Source: Neocallimastix sp. 'constans'
Lineage: Eukaryota
NCBI GenBank assembly: GCA_050613775.1
Contig: JBODTK010000138.1
Coordinates: forward strand, 124,001 to 188,000
Length of the DNA stretch: 64,000 nt
Direction of reading: 5' to 3'
The notes below the pieces were generated by a model. That model was not told the DNA's origin and did not search any database. It worked only from the letters and a program-made list of their open reading frames with translations. Below are positions 1 through 14,149 of the stretch, piece by piece. A program made the position numbers and the translations under genes. Each line of letters starts with the position of its first letter. The first letter of the stretch is position 1.

Positions 1-884
1 GAAAAAATAAAATATAATAAATAAAAAAAAAATAAAAAGAAAAGATTAAGATTAAATAAATTTAAAAAAAAAAAGATACAAAAATAAAAAAAAAAAATAA
101 ATAAGAATGAAAGAAATTGAAAAGACCTTTTAATTATTTTCATAAAATATATGATTTTATTAATATTTTATTAACATTTTATTAACATTTTATTAATATT
201 CTTTTCAGTTTAATAATAAAATTTTTTATTAATAATAACAATCAACATTTTTTTTTAATTATATTTAAAAAATTTTTTTTTTATATTGTGGATTTTATTA
301 TTATTAATTTTATTATTAATATATCTTGAATTATTCATTTGTGGATATTAATTTTTAATGGTATAATAGATGTATAATTAATATTATTATTAATACTATT
401 AATATTATTAAAAAAAAAAAAAAAAAAAGTTTTATAGGACTTATTTATTTTATAATAAAAGACTCTAAAAAAAAAAAAAAAACGATTATATAAATGTATA
501 ATGTAATATAAATAAAAACATTTATATAAATAATTATAAATATGAAAAAGATTTGTATTTAAAATGAAAAATAAAAAATTCTTTTTTTTTCTTTTTTTTT
601 TTTTTTTTGATATATATACATGTGAATTTTTATTTTTATGAATTTATATAAATTCTCTTTTCTCTTAATATGAGAATAATATATAATAAATATAATTATC
701 AGTTATGATGATATATTGATAATAATATTAATAAATGAAATCTACCCACATAGAGTTTTAATGAATTTTTTATTTTTATATTTTTTATTTTTCTTTAATG
801 ATAAACTATTAATTTATGAATCATTTTTTTTCTACTCCTTTTTTTTTTTTTTCATAATTCTAAATAAAGGAGGTTTTACTTTAC

Positions 885-1230
885 AAATGAATCATAACAA
901 TCTTTTAATATTTGACTATTCTTTTATTGAATCATAACAATCTTTCATTATTTAACTATTCTTTTAATTTTATTGAATTATAACAATCTTTTAATATTTG
1001 ACTATTCTTTTATTGAATCATAACAATCTTTCATTATTTAACTATTCTTTTAATTTTATTGAATTATAACAATCTTTCATTATTTGACTATTCTTTTATT
1101 AAATCATAACAATCTTTTATTATTTGACTATTCTTGTATTGAATCATAAAAATTATTAATATTTGGCTATTCTTTTATTGTATCATAAAAATTATTAATA
1201 TTTGGCTATTAATTTATTGTATCATAATAC
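885..1230. repeat. Minisatellite, ~40/45-bp unit (AATCATAACAATCTTTYAWTATTTRACTATTCTTTTATTG), about 8 copies degenerating 3'
   Basis: Unit recurs head-to-tail from ~890 with no unique spacers. Confidence 0.85.
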
Positions 1231-1289
1231 TCTTTTATTTTATGAATGTAACATTAATTATATACACTTTTTTTAGAATAAAATTATTA

Positions 1290-1680
1290 TTAATTATTAT
1301 TATTATTATCTATCTATTATTATTATTTATTATTTATTATTTATTATTTATTATTTATTATTTATTATTTACTATTTATTATTTATTATTTATTATTTAC
1401 TATTTATTATTTATTATTTTTTATTTATTATTTATTATTCCATTATTTATTATTATTTATTATTCCATTATTTATTATTTATTATTTATTATTTATTATT
1501 CATTTATTTATTATTTATTATTCAATTATTTATTATTTATTATTTATTATTCATTTATTTATTATTTATTATTTATTATTCCAATATTTATTATTCTATT
1601 ATTTGTTATTCCATTATTTATTTTTATTATTTATTATTTATTATTCATTAATACCTTTTTTTTCTTTTTATTATTTAATA
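1290..1680. repeat. (TTATTTA)n microsatellite
   Basis: Directly visible; it produces the spurious I/Y/L/F ORF 1242..1685. Confidence 0.9.
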
Positions 1681-1933
1681 TTTAATATTTATATATTTAT
1701 TATTAAAAAAAAAAAAAAAATTTTATAGAATCAATTTTAACATATAACATATGTTTATATTTTTAATTATTCTTTTTTTAGTATAATAAAATAAAATAAA
1801 ATAAATAACAAAATTTAGGTTAAAATTTTAATGCATTATAATATATAGAAAAGTATTGTGATTCATTATCTTTTATCATTTATTATTATTATTATTTAGT
1901 ATTATTATTATTATTATTATTATTATTGTTAAC

Positions 1934-2142
1934 TGTTAGGATTTTATGGTTAATGATTATGTCAACTTCATTAACATATTTTATACTCAAGAATTACTCA
2001 ATAATTACTCAAGTATAATTCTATGAGTTTACATGTATTTATATGAATAATATGTGGCTTATACATTTAATTTAATACAATACATGCCAATACATTATAA
2101 ATACATTTGACACTTATTTCATATATTTCACATATTCTAACA
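1934..2142. mobile_element. Putative solo LTR (TGTTAG...CTAACA), with a diverged second copy at ~2290-2457
   Basis: 6-bp inverted termini TGTTAG/CTAACA; blocks TTATGTCAA, TGTGGCTTATACATT and TTTCACATATTCTA recur at 2290-2457; no TSD seen. Confidence 0.45.
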
Positions 2143-2194
2143 ATTATTATTACTATTTTTATTATTATTATTATTATTACTATTTTTATTATTT

Positions 2195-2227
<33 letters not shown>

Positions 2228-2242
2228 CTATTTTTATTATTT

Positions 2243-2278
<36 letters not shown>

Positions 2279-3402
2279 CTATTTTTATAATTATGTCAAT
2301 ATTATTAATATATTTTATGATAAAGAGTTACTAGCACTTAATTATTCTAAATTAAAATGCTTTTATATTAATACATTGTGGCTTATACATTAATTATATT
2401 ACCATATGTTTCATTACATTTGAAGCTTATTTTTCATACATTTCACATATTCTAGTATTCCCTTAAACCTAGTTATTCAATCATGAATAAATTGGTTTAC
2501 TGGTGAATATGTGTATATAAAATTATCCTATTTTACAATATTAACTTGATATTATTAAACTTTTATTTATTTCTGTTCTAAATTAACCTTTAAATTTATA
2601 TGAATAAAGTATTTTACATTATATTAATTATTTAATTCAATTTAAATAGTGCTAAAATAATTTCTTAAAATATATTTATAATTTAATAATTTTCCCCAAA
2701 AACTAAGTATTTGATATTATTTCACCATTAATATTAGATGCATCTAAAACATCTCTTATAGTATATGGTTTATATATTACCATTTATATGATGGAAACCT
2801 TTCTCTTGAAGGGTGATATTATACCATCTCAATTTGTGTAAAATACCTCTTATATATTGGGTTTTTTACATCACTTTCAATTATAATCCGCTTTATGGAT
2901 TAGCGCTAACTTTTATATATTTTCGCTTTGTAGTTTTTAGTGATAACTATTAAAATAAATTGTTAATTTATATATTGGTGTACTTGATAAATCATAATCT
3001 TGGGGTATTAAAATTGATTGTATTTATAATTAATTATATTATTCTAGTCATTTAAACCTTATTAATAAATAATATAAATTGTTTCATAATAGAATAAAAT
3101 TCAATCTTTCATTTAATTTTTTTTTTTCTTTTTTTTGAAAGTTAATTTTTGTTAATTTTCACTATTAGGCTATTTTATTCATTTCCAAGATAATATTATT
3201 TTTAAATAATTCGCTCAAAGAATCAGTAAAGTGACTTTTCTTTAATACTATATATAATTTTTATTTTATTTTGCCTACTTCCTCCTAAAAATCCAAATTT
3301 CTAAAAGGATTTTATATATTTGGATTTTCTCATCATTATAATATTAATTATCGAAGTTTAATAACTTTAAAATATTTTTCAATCAATAAGTGTAGTTTGT
3401 AG

Positions 3403-5068
3403 ATGGGTAAACATCCTCCATTTATATATAAACTCATGGTTATATTTATTATTTTATTATACCTTTCATCAACCAAATCCGTTTTCAACGATAAGGATTT
3501 TTAAAAAAATAGATAAAAACAATTTTGAATGAGGGTATGATGCCTTAAGGCGTCATCTTATAGCACAGAACTATGAAGATTACATTGATAAGAAAATAAA
3601 TTTTTTAAGGATATGAACAGAGATCAAATTAAATCTGATAATGCTGTTCAATCTATTATTATTAATAGTCTTGATGAATCCTCCCAAAATTATTCAAAAG
3701 GATGCAAAAAAAAAAAAAAAATTGCTTTCTAAAATTGATTGATAGACTGAAAAGTCGCTTTTTTATCAAATCTGGACAAGTTTTGTTAAATATTTTTAGA
3801 GTACAAAAAATTAATAATTTAGAAATCGTTAATAAATGATTACATTTTATATTGAAATGAATTAAATAAAGACTCTTCGAACAACATCAAAGTGAAAGTG
3901 AAAAAAAAAAAGAAATTAATAGAAATCCATTAGACAAAGAGACCAAAATTTTTATATTCAACAAAAGAATTAAAAAAAAAAAAAAAAAAAAAAAAAAGTT
4001 GGAATTACAACTTCAATTTATTTATAAAAATTTTACGACATTTAAAGAATTATTCTCCGAATTAAAAAAAAAAAAAATTCATGATTTTGATGAAAAGGTT
4101 GAAATATTAAAAAATTAACCAGCAAAAATAATTTAAAAGACATAAATATTAATAAAAATAATAAAAATAAAAAAAAAATTACTATGGTGATATTTGCAAA
4201 TTATAAATGGACATTCAACAGATTATTTCAAATTATAATAATCTCAAATAAAATAAAAATAAAAAAAAAAAATTAAAAATTTAAAAAAGCAATAATAATA
4301 AAAGTTCAAAATAAAAGGAAAAAGTTTTTACTGAAATTCCAATAAGAAATAACTACCATACAAGAAAATATCAATGAAGATAAAAAAAAAAAAAAACAAC
4401 TCATACTCAACAAGTGAATTTAGAAAATGAAAATGAATCTCACAAATTTATTTCACTGGAAATGTTTACTCTTTCAAAATCCAATAATAATAATAACTCA
4501 AATAGAAATGACACACTGGATGGTAGATAGCGGAAATGGAATCTGTTTTAACGAATGATATTAAAAAAAAATCTAACATTATTCCATCCAGAGTCAATAA
4601 TAATAATAATAAAAAAAAAAAAAAAAAAAAAAAAAATGGCATGACTTATAGCTTATAGGTTTTCAACAAATTCCAAAAATTTTTCAGGTCAGGATTTTGT
4701 AGAAACTTTATTCATCAACAGCAGTACAAACCTGACAATTTAATTTAAGATGAACAGTAGCAGCCATTGCCGCTAACTTAAACGAGAATTTAAAACAACT
4801 GGATATTATAAAGCAGCAAGCTTATCTAAACGTCAGACTGGTTCAAGAAATATATACATTAAAAATTCCAAAAAGGTGACAATAACTATAAAAAAGGAAA
4901 AATAGATATTGATTATTAAAAAAAAAAAAAAAAACCTTATACGAATTAAAACAAGCTGGTCGTATTTGCTTTAATGAAATATATAAAATTCCTAAAGCGT
5001 ATTGGTGATATTCAAATATAAAAACCGATAAATGCTTATTTTGGAAAATATAATAAAAATAAAATAAA

Positions 5069-5107
<39 letters not shown>

Positions 5108-6340
5108 AATAAGTTTATTAACTTTATATGTTAACGATATTTTAATTACAGGTTATGATAATGAAATAAACAAAACTATTGAAAAAACTCAAATATAAAA
5201 TATAAAATATAAAATATAAAATATAAAATATCAAAGGAATCAACTGCAATTAATTTTTTATTGATATCAACATAGACAAAAACCAAAAAAAAAAAAATGG
5301 TTATAAAATAAATCAAACAGATTCTATTGATTAATAAAAATTATTGATAAATATAATATGAACAAAATCAAAAAAAAAAAACCAAACTTATTAAAACCCC
5401 CCTCTACTAAGAAAATCACTGAAAAGGAAAGAGAAAGGATCCCCTTATCGGTAAATGTTACTAGAATTTAAATCTTTATTAGGAGCATTATGCTACGTTG
5501 CCGTAAAATCAAGACCTGATATATATCATTTTCTGTAAATCAGGCAGGCTTCCAGACATCGTGAAAAAACTACCAAAGTGAATTATAAATCTTTAAGGAA
5601 TATATTTACTATATATGAAATGTACAAAAAAAAAAAAATCAATTTATTATAACAGAAACAGTGAATTTATTGGTGATTCAAATTCGGACTTTGCAAAATG
5701 AGGAGACTACAAGAAAATCAACCCATGGATCTATTTATATATTTTATTAGGTGATCGCCCTATATCAATCATGGAAAACTTAATAAATTACAAAAAAAAA
5801 AAAAAGATCGTTACTTTATCAACTTGCAGAAAGCAGAATTCTTTTTTTTTTTTTTTAAGTTTTAACAGAATGTGCTAAACAAAGCTTAATGGTTTAAAAA
5901 AATTTTATTTAAAGAGATATTCGATAAAGAAATTTAAAAATTAAAAATAATGATTGATAATAAAGCATGTATTGCTGCTATTGCTCCAAGGATACGAAAC
6001 TCAAAAAAGGTAGATTGTAAAAACATATTGATACTAGATATAAAATTTTATATTCAAAAGAGAAAATGTTAGAAAATAAAATTCAATTAGAATATATCAA
6101 TACAAAAAAGATGCGAGCTGATCCATTAACGAAGAGTATTCCTTGGAATTAATATGGAAATATTTACCAATAAAATATTCAAAGATTAAAATAAATAATT
6201 AAAATAAATAATTAAAATAAATAAAATAAAATTAGCATTGTTAAACTAGTAATACATTAATGTAGGGGGGAATGTTAAGGTTTACACCTTTAATATTTTA
6301 TGTACATTATGACATTACAAAGTGTATACATACTTATAAT
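3403..6340 (+). mobile_element. Decayed Ty1/copia LTR retrotransposon (gag, protease, RT, RNase H; integrase apparently deleted)
   Basis: Protease WMVDSG (~4517-4534); RT LY.LKQAGR (~4940-4965) and LYVNDILITG (~5124-5153, YVDD>YVND); SRPDI; RNase H DNKACI, KHIDTRY, ADPLTK (~6117-6134); polypurine tract AGGGGGGAA then TGTT LTR start at 6273. Confidence 0.88.
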
Positions 6341-7217
6341 TGAATAAAAGAAATAATGTAATTTATAAATTATTTAATTATGATAATAATAAAAACTTTT
6401 TTTTTTTATGTATTTTGTTGAATTTTTTTTTTATATTTTTGTTACGTCATAAATTGAATTCTTTTTATTTTATTTTATTTTATTTTATTTTAATTTTTTT
6501 TTTAAATCGTCTCCCTTTTTTTCTTTCTTATTTTTATTTTAATAAAATAAAATAAAACTATTAACATTTTAATATTTTAACATTTTAACATTTTCATTTT
6601 TTTTTTTTTTTTATTTTATTATTATTATTATTTTAATTTTATTATTATTATTATTTTTATTTTATTATTATTATTATTATTATTTTAATTTTATTATTAT
6701 TTTTATTTTTATTTTATTATTATTTTTATTTTAATTTTTTTTTTCTTTTTTGATTTTTTTTTTTTAAAAAAAAAAAAAAAAGGGAAATTAAAACTTTCAC
6801 CACCACAAAAAAGCATATATTTGAATTTATTATTTATATATAATTTATATAATATAATTTTATATATATACGGTAATTTTTTTTAAAAGCCGCAATTATT
6901 CAATTATTGCAAATTTAAACTTTATTTATTTATTTAATAATTACATATCCATTTTTTTTATATTATATTATTATATATATATATATAAAAAAAAAAATAA
7001 AATAAAATTAAATAAAAATAAAAATTAAATATGATTTGTCCTTTCTGAACATCATCATCATATTTGGAATAGTAAATGTGAAATAAATAAAATAAAATAA
7101 AAAAAAAAATAAAATAAAAAAAAAAAAAGGAAATTCTTAAATTCAATTCCTGGATTTTTTTTTTTTTTTTTTTTGGGGGGAATTGAATTAACAAATCTGA
7201 AAAGAAAAATTTTACGG

Positions 7218-7280
<63 letters not shown>

Positions 7281-7510
7281 CCTTTCTTCAGAGAAAAGGC
7301 AATCGGGCCCCCTACTTGCTTACTAGTTATCAGAGTCTGTCTGTCTTTAACTATACTGTATTTTCAGTGTTGAGGCTTCCTGTACTCGCTTTTGTCTGTC
7401 TATCTGTCTGTCTGATGAGTTTGCAATATATACCCTGTTGGAGAGAATAACCCCCCTCCCTCTCCTTTGTCGAGTTTAACTAAACTAATCCTAAGGCCTA
7501 ATTTCTGTTT
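7218..7510 (-). mobile_element. GC-enriched island, possible 3' end of a non-LTR retroelement with a (GAAA)n tail
   Basis: (CTTT)n at 7218-7280; minus-strand AGCCTCAACACTGAAAATACAGTA (SLNTENTV) weakly resembles SVNAEETI at the LINE 3' end (~23900). Confidence 0.3.
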
Positions 7511-8981
7511 AAAAAAAAAAAAAAAAAAAAAAGAGATAGAGCCTCGAATATCACCAAAAATGTTTATTTTTTATTATTTTTTTTTTTATTAAAAAAAAAA
7601 AAAAAAAAGATAATAATGAAATAAAAAATAAAAATAAAAAAAAAAGGAAACATTTTTTTTTTTTATTCATACATTTTATTTTTATTTAAATATTTTTTTT
7701 TAATGATAAAAGTTTTTTATTTTTATTTATTTATTTTATTTTATTGTATTTTATTTTATTTTATTTTTTTTTTCAACACGTTTTTTTTTTATTTTTTTTT
7801 ATTTTTATTTATTTACTTTTATATTTATATTTTAATTATTTAATTCTTTTAAATATTTAAGTAATGGATTATTTTAATTATATATATTGCATAAAAATTA
7901 TATTATTATTTATTATATAATATTAATTATTAACTATTAATTGATAATCCATTATTTTAACTATTTAAATTTTCATTTAATTTCTTAATTATATAAGAAG
8001 TAATTTTTTTCTTCTTTTTTTATAAAAAAAAATTACATACTCTCTTTTAATTATTATCATTATTTTTTTTTTTATTTCAAAGTTTTATTTTCAGTTTTAT
8101 TTTTAGTTTTACTTTTAGTTATAGTTTAATTTCAAACTAAACACTTTTTATTATTTATTTATTTACTTTTTTTAATTTATATTTACTATTTTATATTTTT
8201 ATTTCATTTATATATAAAAAGTTTTTTTTTGTTATAATTTTTTTAATTATTAACTATTTACTTATATTTTATTTTTTAATTTGTTTTATTTTTGTTAATT
8301 TTTTATATCTTAATTTATTTTTGTCTTATTTATTTGTTTGAAATTTTTATTATTATTATTTTTTTTTAATATTATAAAATTTTTTTATTTTTTATTTTTT
8401 ATTTCTTTTTAAATTGGTTTCTTTTTTTTTTTTTTTTTTTTTTTTTTTCTTTTTTGATTACTTTTATTTTTTTTTATTCCTTTAAACAAACTAATTTTAT
8501 TTTATTTTATTTTATTTTATTTTTATTAATATTCTTTTTTTTATATTTATATATATATAAATATATTATATTAAAAAAGAAATTATTAAAAATTCAATAT
8601 TAAATTTATTTATTTTTAAAGTAATTATTTTAATAAAACTTTAATTAAAGGATAATAAATTATTCGTAAATATTATTTTTTAATAATAACCATAATAATT
8701 TATAAATCTTTCATCCTATTAATTAAATTTCTATTTGTTTCCATTATTAAAACAAAATAATGAAACATTGAATAAATATTATAATATTTAGTTTAATTAA
8801 AATATTTACATATATCTTAAATAATATTATTAAAGAGTATGATTATAATATTTATTCATTAAATTTTCTAATAAAAATTTAACATTTATCATGTATATTT
8901 ATTTACTTACACAAAATAAATGAATTTTTATAATTTAAAGAAAAAATAAAGAAGAAAAAAAAAAATAAAGAATTAACTAAT

Positions 8982-10676
8982 TTATTCACTGTCTTCATCA
9001 TCGACTAACTTTTCTTTTGTATCTTCAACTTCAACTTCATCTTCATCACCATTTTCAGCTTCATCACCTAAAGGTTCTTCAGTATCATCAATTTCTTCAT
9101 TTTCGGTACCTTCAGTAGAAACTGGTTCTTCAGTATCATCAATTTCTTCATTTTCGGTACCTTCAGTAGAAGTTGGTTCTTCAGCATCAGTTTCATCACC
9201 ACTTTCGTTATCGTTTTCTAAATCATTTTCAATGTTAGTTACATCACCAGCTTCTTCATTAGTAGTGGCATCACCAGCTTCAGCTTCATCACCGTTTTCT
9301 GGAGCTTCTTCATTAGTAGTGGCATCACCAGCTTCGGCTTCATCACCGTTTTCTGGAGCTTCTTCATTAGTAGTGTCATCACCAGCTTCAGCTTCATCAC
9401 CATTTTCTGGAGCTTCTTCATTGGTAGTGGCATCACCAGCTTCGGCTTCATCTTCATCACCACTTTCATTATCGTTTTTTAAAGCTGGAGTTTCATCCTT
9501 GGTAGTTGGTTCTTCAGTCTTAGCTTCATCACCGTTTTCTGGAGCTTCTTCAATGGTAGTGGCATCACCAGCTTCGGCTTCATCACCAGTTTCGTTTTCA
9601 TTTTCTTGAGCTGGAGCTTCATCACCGTTTTCTGGAGCTTCTTCAATGGTAGTGGCATCACCAGCTTCGGCTTCATCACCATTTTCTGGAGCTTCCTCAT
9701 TAGTGGCTGGTTCACCAGCTTCAGCTTCATCACCACTTTCGTTACCATTTTCTTGAGCTGGAGCTTCTTCATTAGTATTTGGTTCATCATTACCATCTTC
9801 TTCATCATCATCATTTTCAGCATCGTCAGTTGGAGCTGGACTATCTTCATTAGTGGCTGGTTCACCAGCTTCAGCTTCATCAGCTGGAGCTCTAACTACA
9901 CAAACTCTTTTCTTAGTCTTAGCTGGAGCTTCCTCTTCATCTGGTTTATTTTCTTCATCAACTGGTGATTCTCCTTCAGAATTTTCAGCCTTGCTGTCAT
10001 CTTCAATTTCTTTTTCAGTTTCTAAGTTTTCTGGTTCATCATCATCCTTTTCTTCATCTTCAACTGGAGTTTCATTTATTTCCTTTTCTTCATCATTTGA
10101 TTCTTCATCCTTGTCATCATCTACTTTACCATCCTTACCATCATCATTAGTGTCATCATCATTATCACCTTCAATTGGAGCTTCATTTACATCCTTTTCA
10201 TCATCATCCTTTTCATCATCATCCTTTTCATCGTCATCCTTTTCATCATCATCCTTTTCATCATCATCCTTTTCATCATCATCCTTTTCATCATCATCCT
10301 TTTCATCATCATCCTTTTCATCATCATCCTTTTCATCGTCATCCTTTTCATCATCATCCTTTTCATCATCATCCTTTTCATCATCATCCTTTTCATCATC
10401 ATCCTTTTCATCATCATCCTTTTCATCATCATCCTTTTCATCATCATCCTTTTCATCATCATCAGCTGAATCTTCAGCGTTATCAAGCTTTGGAAGAGAA
10501 TCTTCATTAGAAACATCAGCATCTTCAGCTACATCATTAGCATTAATGGCTGGAAGATTAGTAGTTTCATCAGTAGAAAGTTCAGCAACATCATTACTAC
10601 TTGGAATTGGATTAGCTAAAATGGTCATAGCATAACCAATGAAAGCAAAAACAATAGTTAAATTCTTAATTTGCAT
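8982..10676 (-). CDS. Secreted, highly acidic (D/E-rich) tandem-repeat protein, 564 aa
   Basis: Intact ORF; N-terminal hydrophobic signal peptide; ~18x DDDEK; multiple EEAPENGDEAEAGDATT repeats; composition clearly coding compared with flanks. Confidence 0.9.
   Translation of the reverse strand: MQIKNLTIVFAFIGYAMTILANPIPSSNDVAELSTDETTNLPAINANDVAEDADVSNEDSLPKLDNAEDSADDDEKDDDEKDDDEKDDDEKDDDEKDDDEKDDDEKDDDEKDDDEKDDDEKDDDEKDDDEKDDDEKDDDEKDDDEKDDDEKDDDEKDDDEKDVNEAPIEGDNDDDTNDDGKDGKVDDDKDEESNDEEKEINETPVEDEEKDDDEPENLETEKEIEDDSKAENSEGESPVDEENKPDEEEAPAKTKKRVCVVRAPADEAEAGEPATNEDSPAPTDDAENDDDEEDGNDEPNTNEEAPAQENGNESGDEAEAGEPATNEEAPENGDEAEAGDATTIEEAPENGDEAPAQENENETGDEAEAGDATTIEEAPENGDEAKTEEPTTKDETPALKNDNESGDEDEAEAGDATTNEEAPENGDEAEAGDDTTNEEAPENGDEAEAGDATTNEEAPENGDEAEAGDATTNEEAGDVTNIENDLENDNESGDETDAEEPTSTEGTENEEIDDTEEPVSTEGTENEEIDDTEEPLGDEAENGDEDEVEVEDTKEKLVDDEDSE
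10192..10463 (-). repeat. Coding 15-bp tandem repeat (DDDEK)x~18
   Basis: TCATCATCCTTTTCA repeated almost perfectly. Confidence 0.95.
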
Positions 10677-11926
10677 GTTGATATATTAATTTCTATTATT
10701 CTAAAATTAAATAAATTATAATTATTGAATCTATTATTTATATTTATATATATATATATATAATTTTTATTATTTTATTTTTTTATATTTTTATATTTTT
10801 ATATTTTTTTTTTATTTTTTTATATTTATTATAACAATTTTTTATTCAAATTGTATGAAGAAAAAGAAAAAAAAATTCTTACTGAGTCTTTTTTTACTTA
10901 TTTTATATATATTTTTTTTTAAAAAAAAAAAAAAAAATTTCTATATATATTATGTATATGAAACTTGTTCATGTTATGTAATTATGTGTTAATAAATTAA
11001 ATCTATTTTTTTTTTTTTTTTTCTTAAAAAATTCATCACCAAACAAATTAATACGAAAAAAAAAGTAAAAAAAGTAAAAAAAGTAAAAAATTAAAAAAAT
11101 TATAAAAATTATTAAATTAATTTAAATTAAATTAATTTAAAATAATTTAATTTAATTTATAGAAACAAAATAAAGTAAATTAAATAATTAATAACAAAAA
11201 AAAAAAAAAAAAAAAAAAAAAATTGGTTGAACATAAAATTATTTAACATTATTTTTAAAATATATGCATTAAATTAGCCTTCACAAGTTAAAAAATAAAA
11301 AAGAATTTTTTTATTTTATTTTTTATTTTGTTATAAATAAAACAAATAATAAAAAAATAATAAAATAAAAAAATAAAATAATAAAGCAAATAATAAAAAA
11401 AACAAAATAATAAAAACAAATAAAATAGTAAAAAAAATTAAATAATAAAAACAAATAAAATAGTAAAAAAAATAAAATAAAATAAAAAATTAAAAAAAAA
11501 AACAAAAAAAAAAAAACAAAAAAAATTTTAAATTAAATTAAAATGATTTTATCCTTAATTAAAGTGTTGTGTAACATTTAATTAATTAAAAATTAATTTT
11601 ATTTTGGTTGAAAATTAAAAATTTTTTATTATATTTAGTTTTATATTTAATAAAATTTGGGGTTCTAGATAACTTTAAACTTTAATTTTATTTTAATTTA
11701 AAAAAAAATTTATTTTTTATAAAAATTTTAATAAATAAATAAATAAATATAAAATAGATAAATAGATAAATAAATAAATATAAAATAGATAAATAAATAA
11801 ATATAAAATAAATAAATAAATAAATAGATAAATAATTATAAAATAGATAAATAAATAAATAAATATAAAATAGATAAATAAATAATAATTAATTAATTTT
11901 ATTTATTATTATTAATATTTTTGTTA

Positions 11927-11962
<36 letters not shown>

Positions 11963-12038
11963 ATAAAAGAATTATTATTAATAAATATAAAAATGTCCAA
12001 AATGTGGTAAAGAAAAATAAAATAAAAATAAAACAAAA

Positions 12039-12077
<39 letters not shown>

Positions 12078-12224
12078 AAATGAATTTAAACAATATTTAA
12101 TAGAAATTATAAAAAACTTTAAAGAATAAAAAAAAATTTTACATTAATTTTATTATATTTTGTATCATTTTAAAAATTATGTGAATACGCATTAATCGTT
12201 TCAAAAAAAAAAAAAAAAGAAAGT

Positions 12225-12665
12225 CTTTTAGCCTTTTTATTCTGGTAGTTAGTAATTCGGACTAACACGCATAAGGTATCTGGATTAACCTCTCAAACTA
12301 CCTCCTGAATTTATATATAGAGTGATTTTTTCATCCTCTCAAAGTGTTTTTCCCTATGAAATGAAATTGTTGTCCTCCCGTCATGGTAAAGTATTCCAAT
12401 TGCTAAACTATATATAATTACTAGTGCAGAGAGCATTTGTTTGGATCTGTGAGAGAATTAGGATAGCTTTTCCTTCTTTCTGTGATGGTTCAAGAGATCA
12501 TCCAAAAGAAGCCCGTCATATAAAACGGTGTATTAGGGAATGTCTTTCATGTTAACCTTGCTTTGAGAGAAGTCCGCATCCACCCCGAAAGAGGTATGGC
12601 AAAAAAATCCAATATGATACGTTGAAAAGGAGAGAATGGAAACCCCGTTGTCCTACCCTCAATCT
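12225..12665 (-). mobile_element. Decayed LINE reverse-transcriptase fragment
   Basis: The minus strand gives, in RT order, a degenerate G-Q-G..SLLFNV (QGCPLSPxLFN-like), GLLLDDLL (GLLFADDL-like) and TSNYI (YxYLG-like); many indels. Confidence 0.55.
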
Positions 12666-13186
12666 AAAAATAAAAATAAAAAAAAAAAATTTTTAAAATT
12701 TAATTCATCATTTAAATCATTAATAATAAACATTTTTTTTTTTTTTAACTTATTAATAATATTAATTAAAATAAAATTAATTATGTAATGAAGATATTAA
12801 TAATAATAATAAAAAATTAATATATATTTATTAATAATAATAAATCATAAAATCATCAATCATAAAAAATCATCAATCATATAATAATAATTAATAATAT
12901 AATAAAATAATAATATAATAATTAATAAAATAATAAAATTAAGATAAAAAAGGGGAAAAATATTTAAAAAATATTTAAAAAAAAATGTTCATATTTTTAT
13001 TTATATACATATTTATATTTGTATACAACTATCATTAATATATAAATAATTTAATAATATATGCTGTAATATATTATAATTATTCCAAATTAATAAAAAT
13101 AAAAATAAAAATAAAAATTAAAAAAAAAGTATTAATATGTCTGGTCTTCTCTCTACTACTACTGCCTCTTTCTCTGAGATTATGAT

Positions 13187-13218
<32 letters not shown>

Positions 13219-14149
13219 AATTATAATTATTAATTATTATTAATAATAAATAATACATAAATAAAAATTTGTTTAACTTAAGATTAAATTAATACTTTAG
13301 ATATTCATTAATAAAATAAAATAATACAAAAATCAAAAAAAAAAAAAAAAAAAAAAAAAAATAAAGCATTAATAAATTTTTTTTTTTTTTTTACAGTGCA
13401 TTTGATATTCTGTTTACTCTGTTTGAAGTGGTTTAACTGCATTATAGCAACAATTTAGGATGAATGAAGGCAATCATAACATTATAAAAATTTAGATTTT
13501 ATTTTTAATTTTTTTTCATAATTAGTTATAATAATATTATATTAAATATAACACAAAGCCCTCTTAATACATATAATATATATATAAATATTTTATAATA
13601 TATATAAATTTTATTATATACATATAATATATTTTATATTTTTAAATTAGTAATAAATACATTAAAGATAAAATGTAAAAGATAATAAATACTAATAAAT
13701 AATAATAAATAATAAATAGTAATAATAATAAATAATAAATAATAATAAATAATAAATAATAAATAATAAATAATAATAAATAATAAATAATAAACTAATT
13801 ATATTTATAAGTGTATTAGATTTCCTTTTAAAAAAAATTTTTTTTATTTGTTATTACAAAATAATTATATTAGAAGTATATAAAATATACACATATAGAA
13901 TAGTAAACTCTTCATGTATTTTATATTTTTTGTTTTTCTAATCAATTTCATTTCTATATATAAAAAATTATTATTATTTATGAAAATTTTACATATTTTG
14001 TGTCACATCACTTTTTTTTTTTTTTTTGATATAAAAATTAACTCTAATAATAATAAATTAAACTTTTTATTTATTTATTAAAATTTCTAATTCCTTTTAT
14101 CAATTTAAGAAATAATACTTGGAGTAGTACAAACTTTTTTTAAAATGAG

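Noticed and set aside
885..1230. CRISPR-like array
   Set aside because: Head-to-tail units with no unique spacers, no cas genes, eukaryotic context
2700..3400. Slightly GC-enriched stretch that might be decayed coding sequence
   Set aside because: No motif recognised in the frames I read
716..7373. Short F/I/L/Y-rich ORFs here and at 11323, 18199, 23560, 31374, 32736 and 46655
   Set aside because: Translations of microsatellites and poly-T/A tracts
7412..7460. Hammerhead ribozyme core CTGATGA
   Set aside because: No stem II followed by GAAA
9232..10635. Overlapping S-, H- and M/K-rich ORFs
   Set aside because: Alternative-frame shadows of the acidic repeat gene
12290..12345. ClpP-like ITLYINSGG motif on the minus strand
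   Set aside because: Short match only; the surrounding motifs fit a LINE RT better
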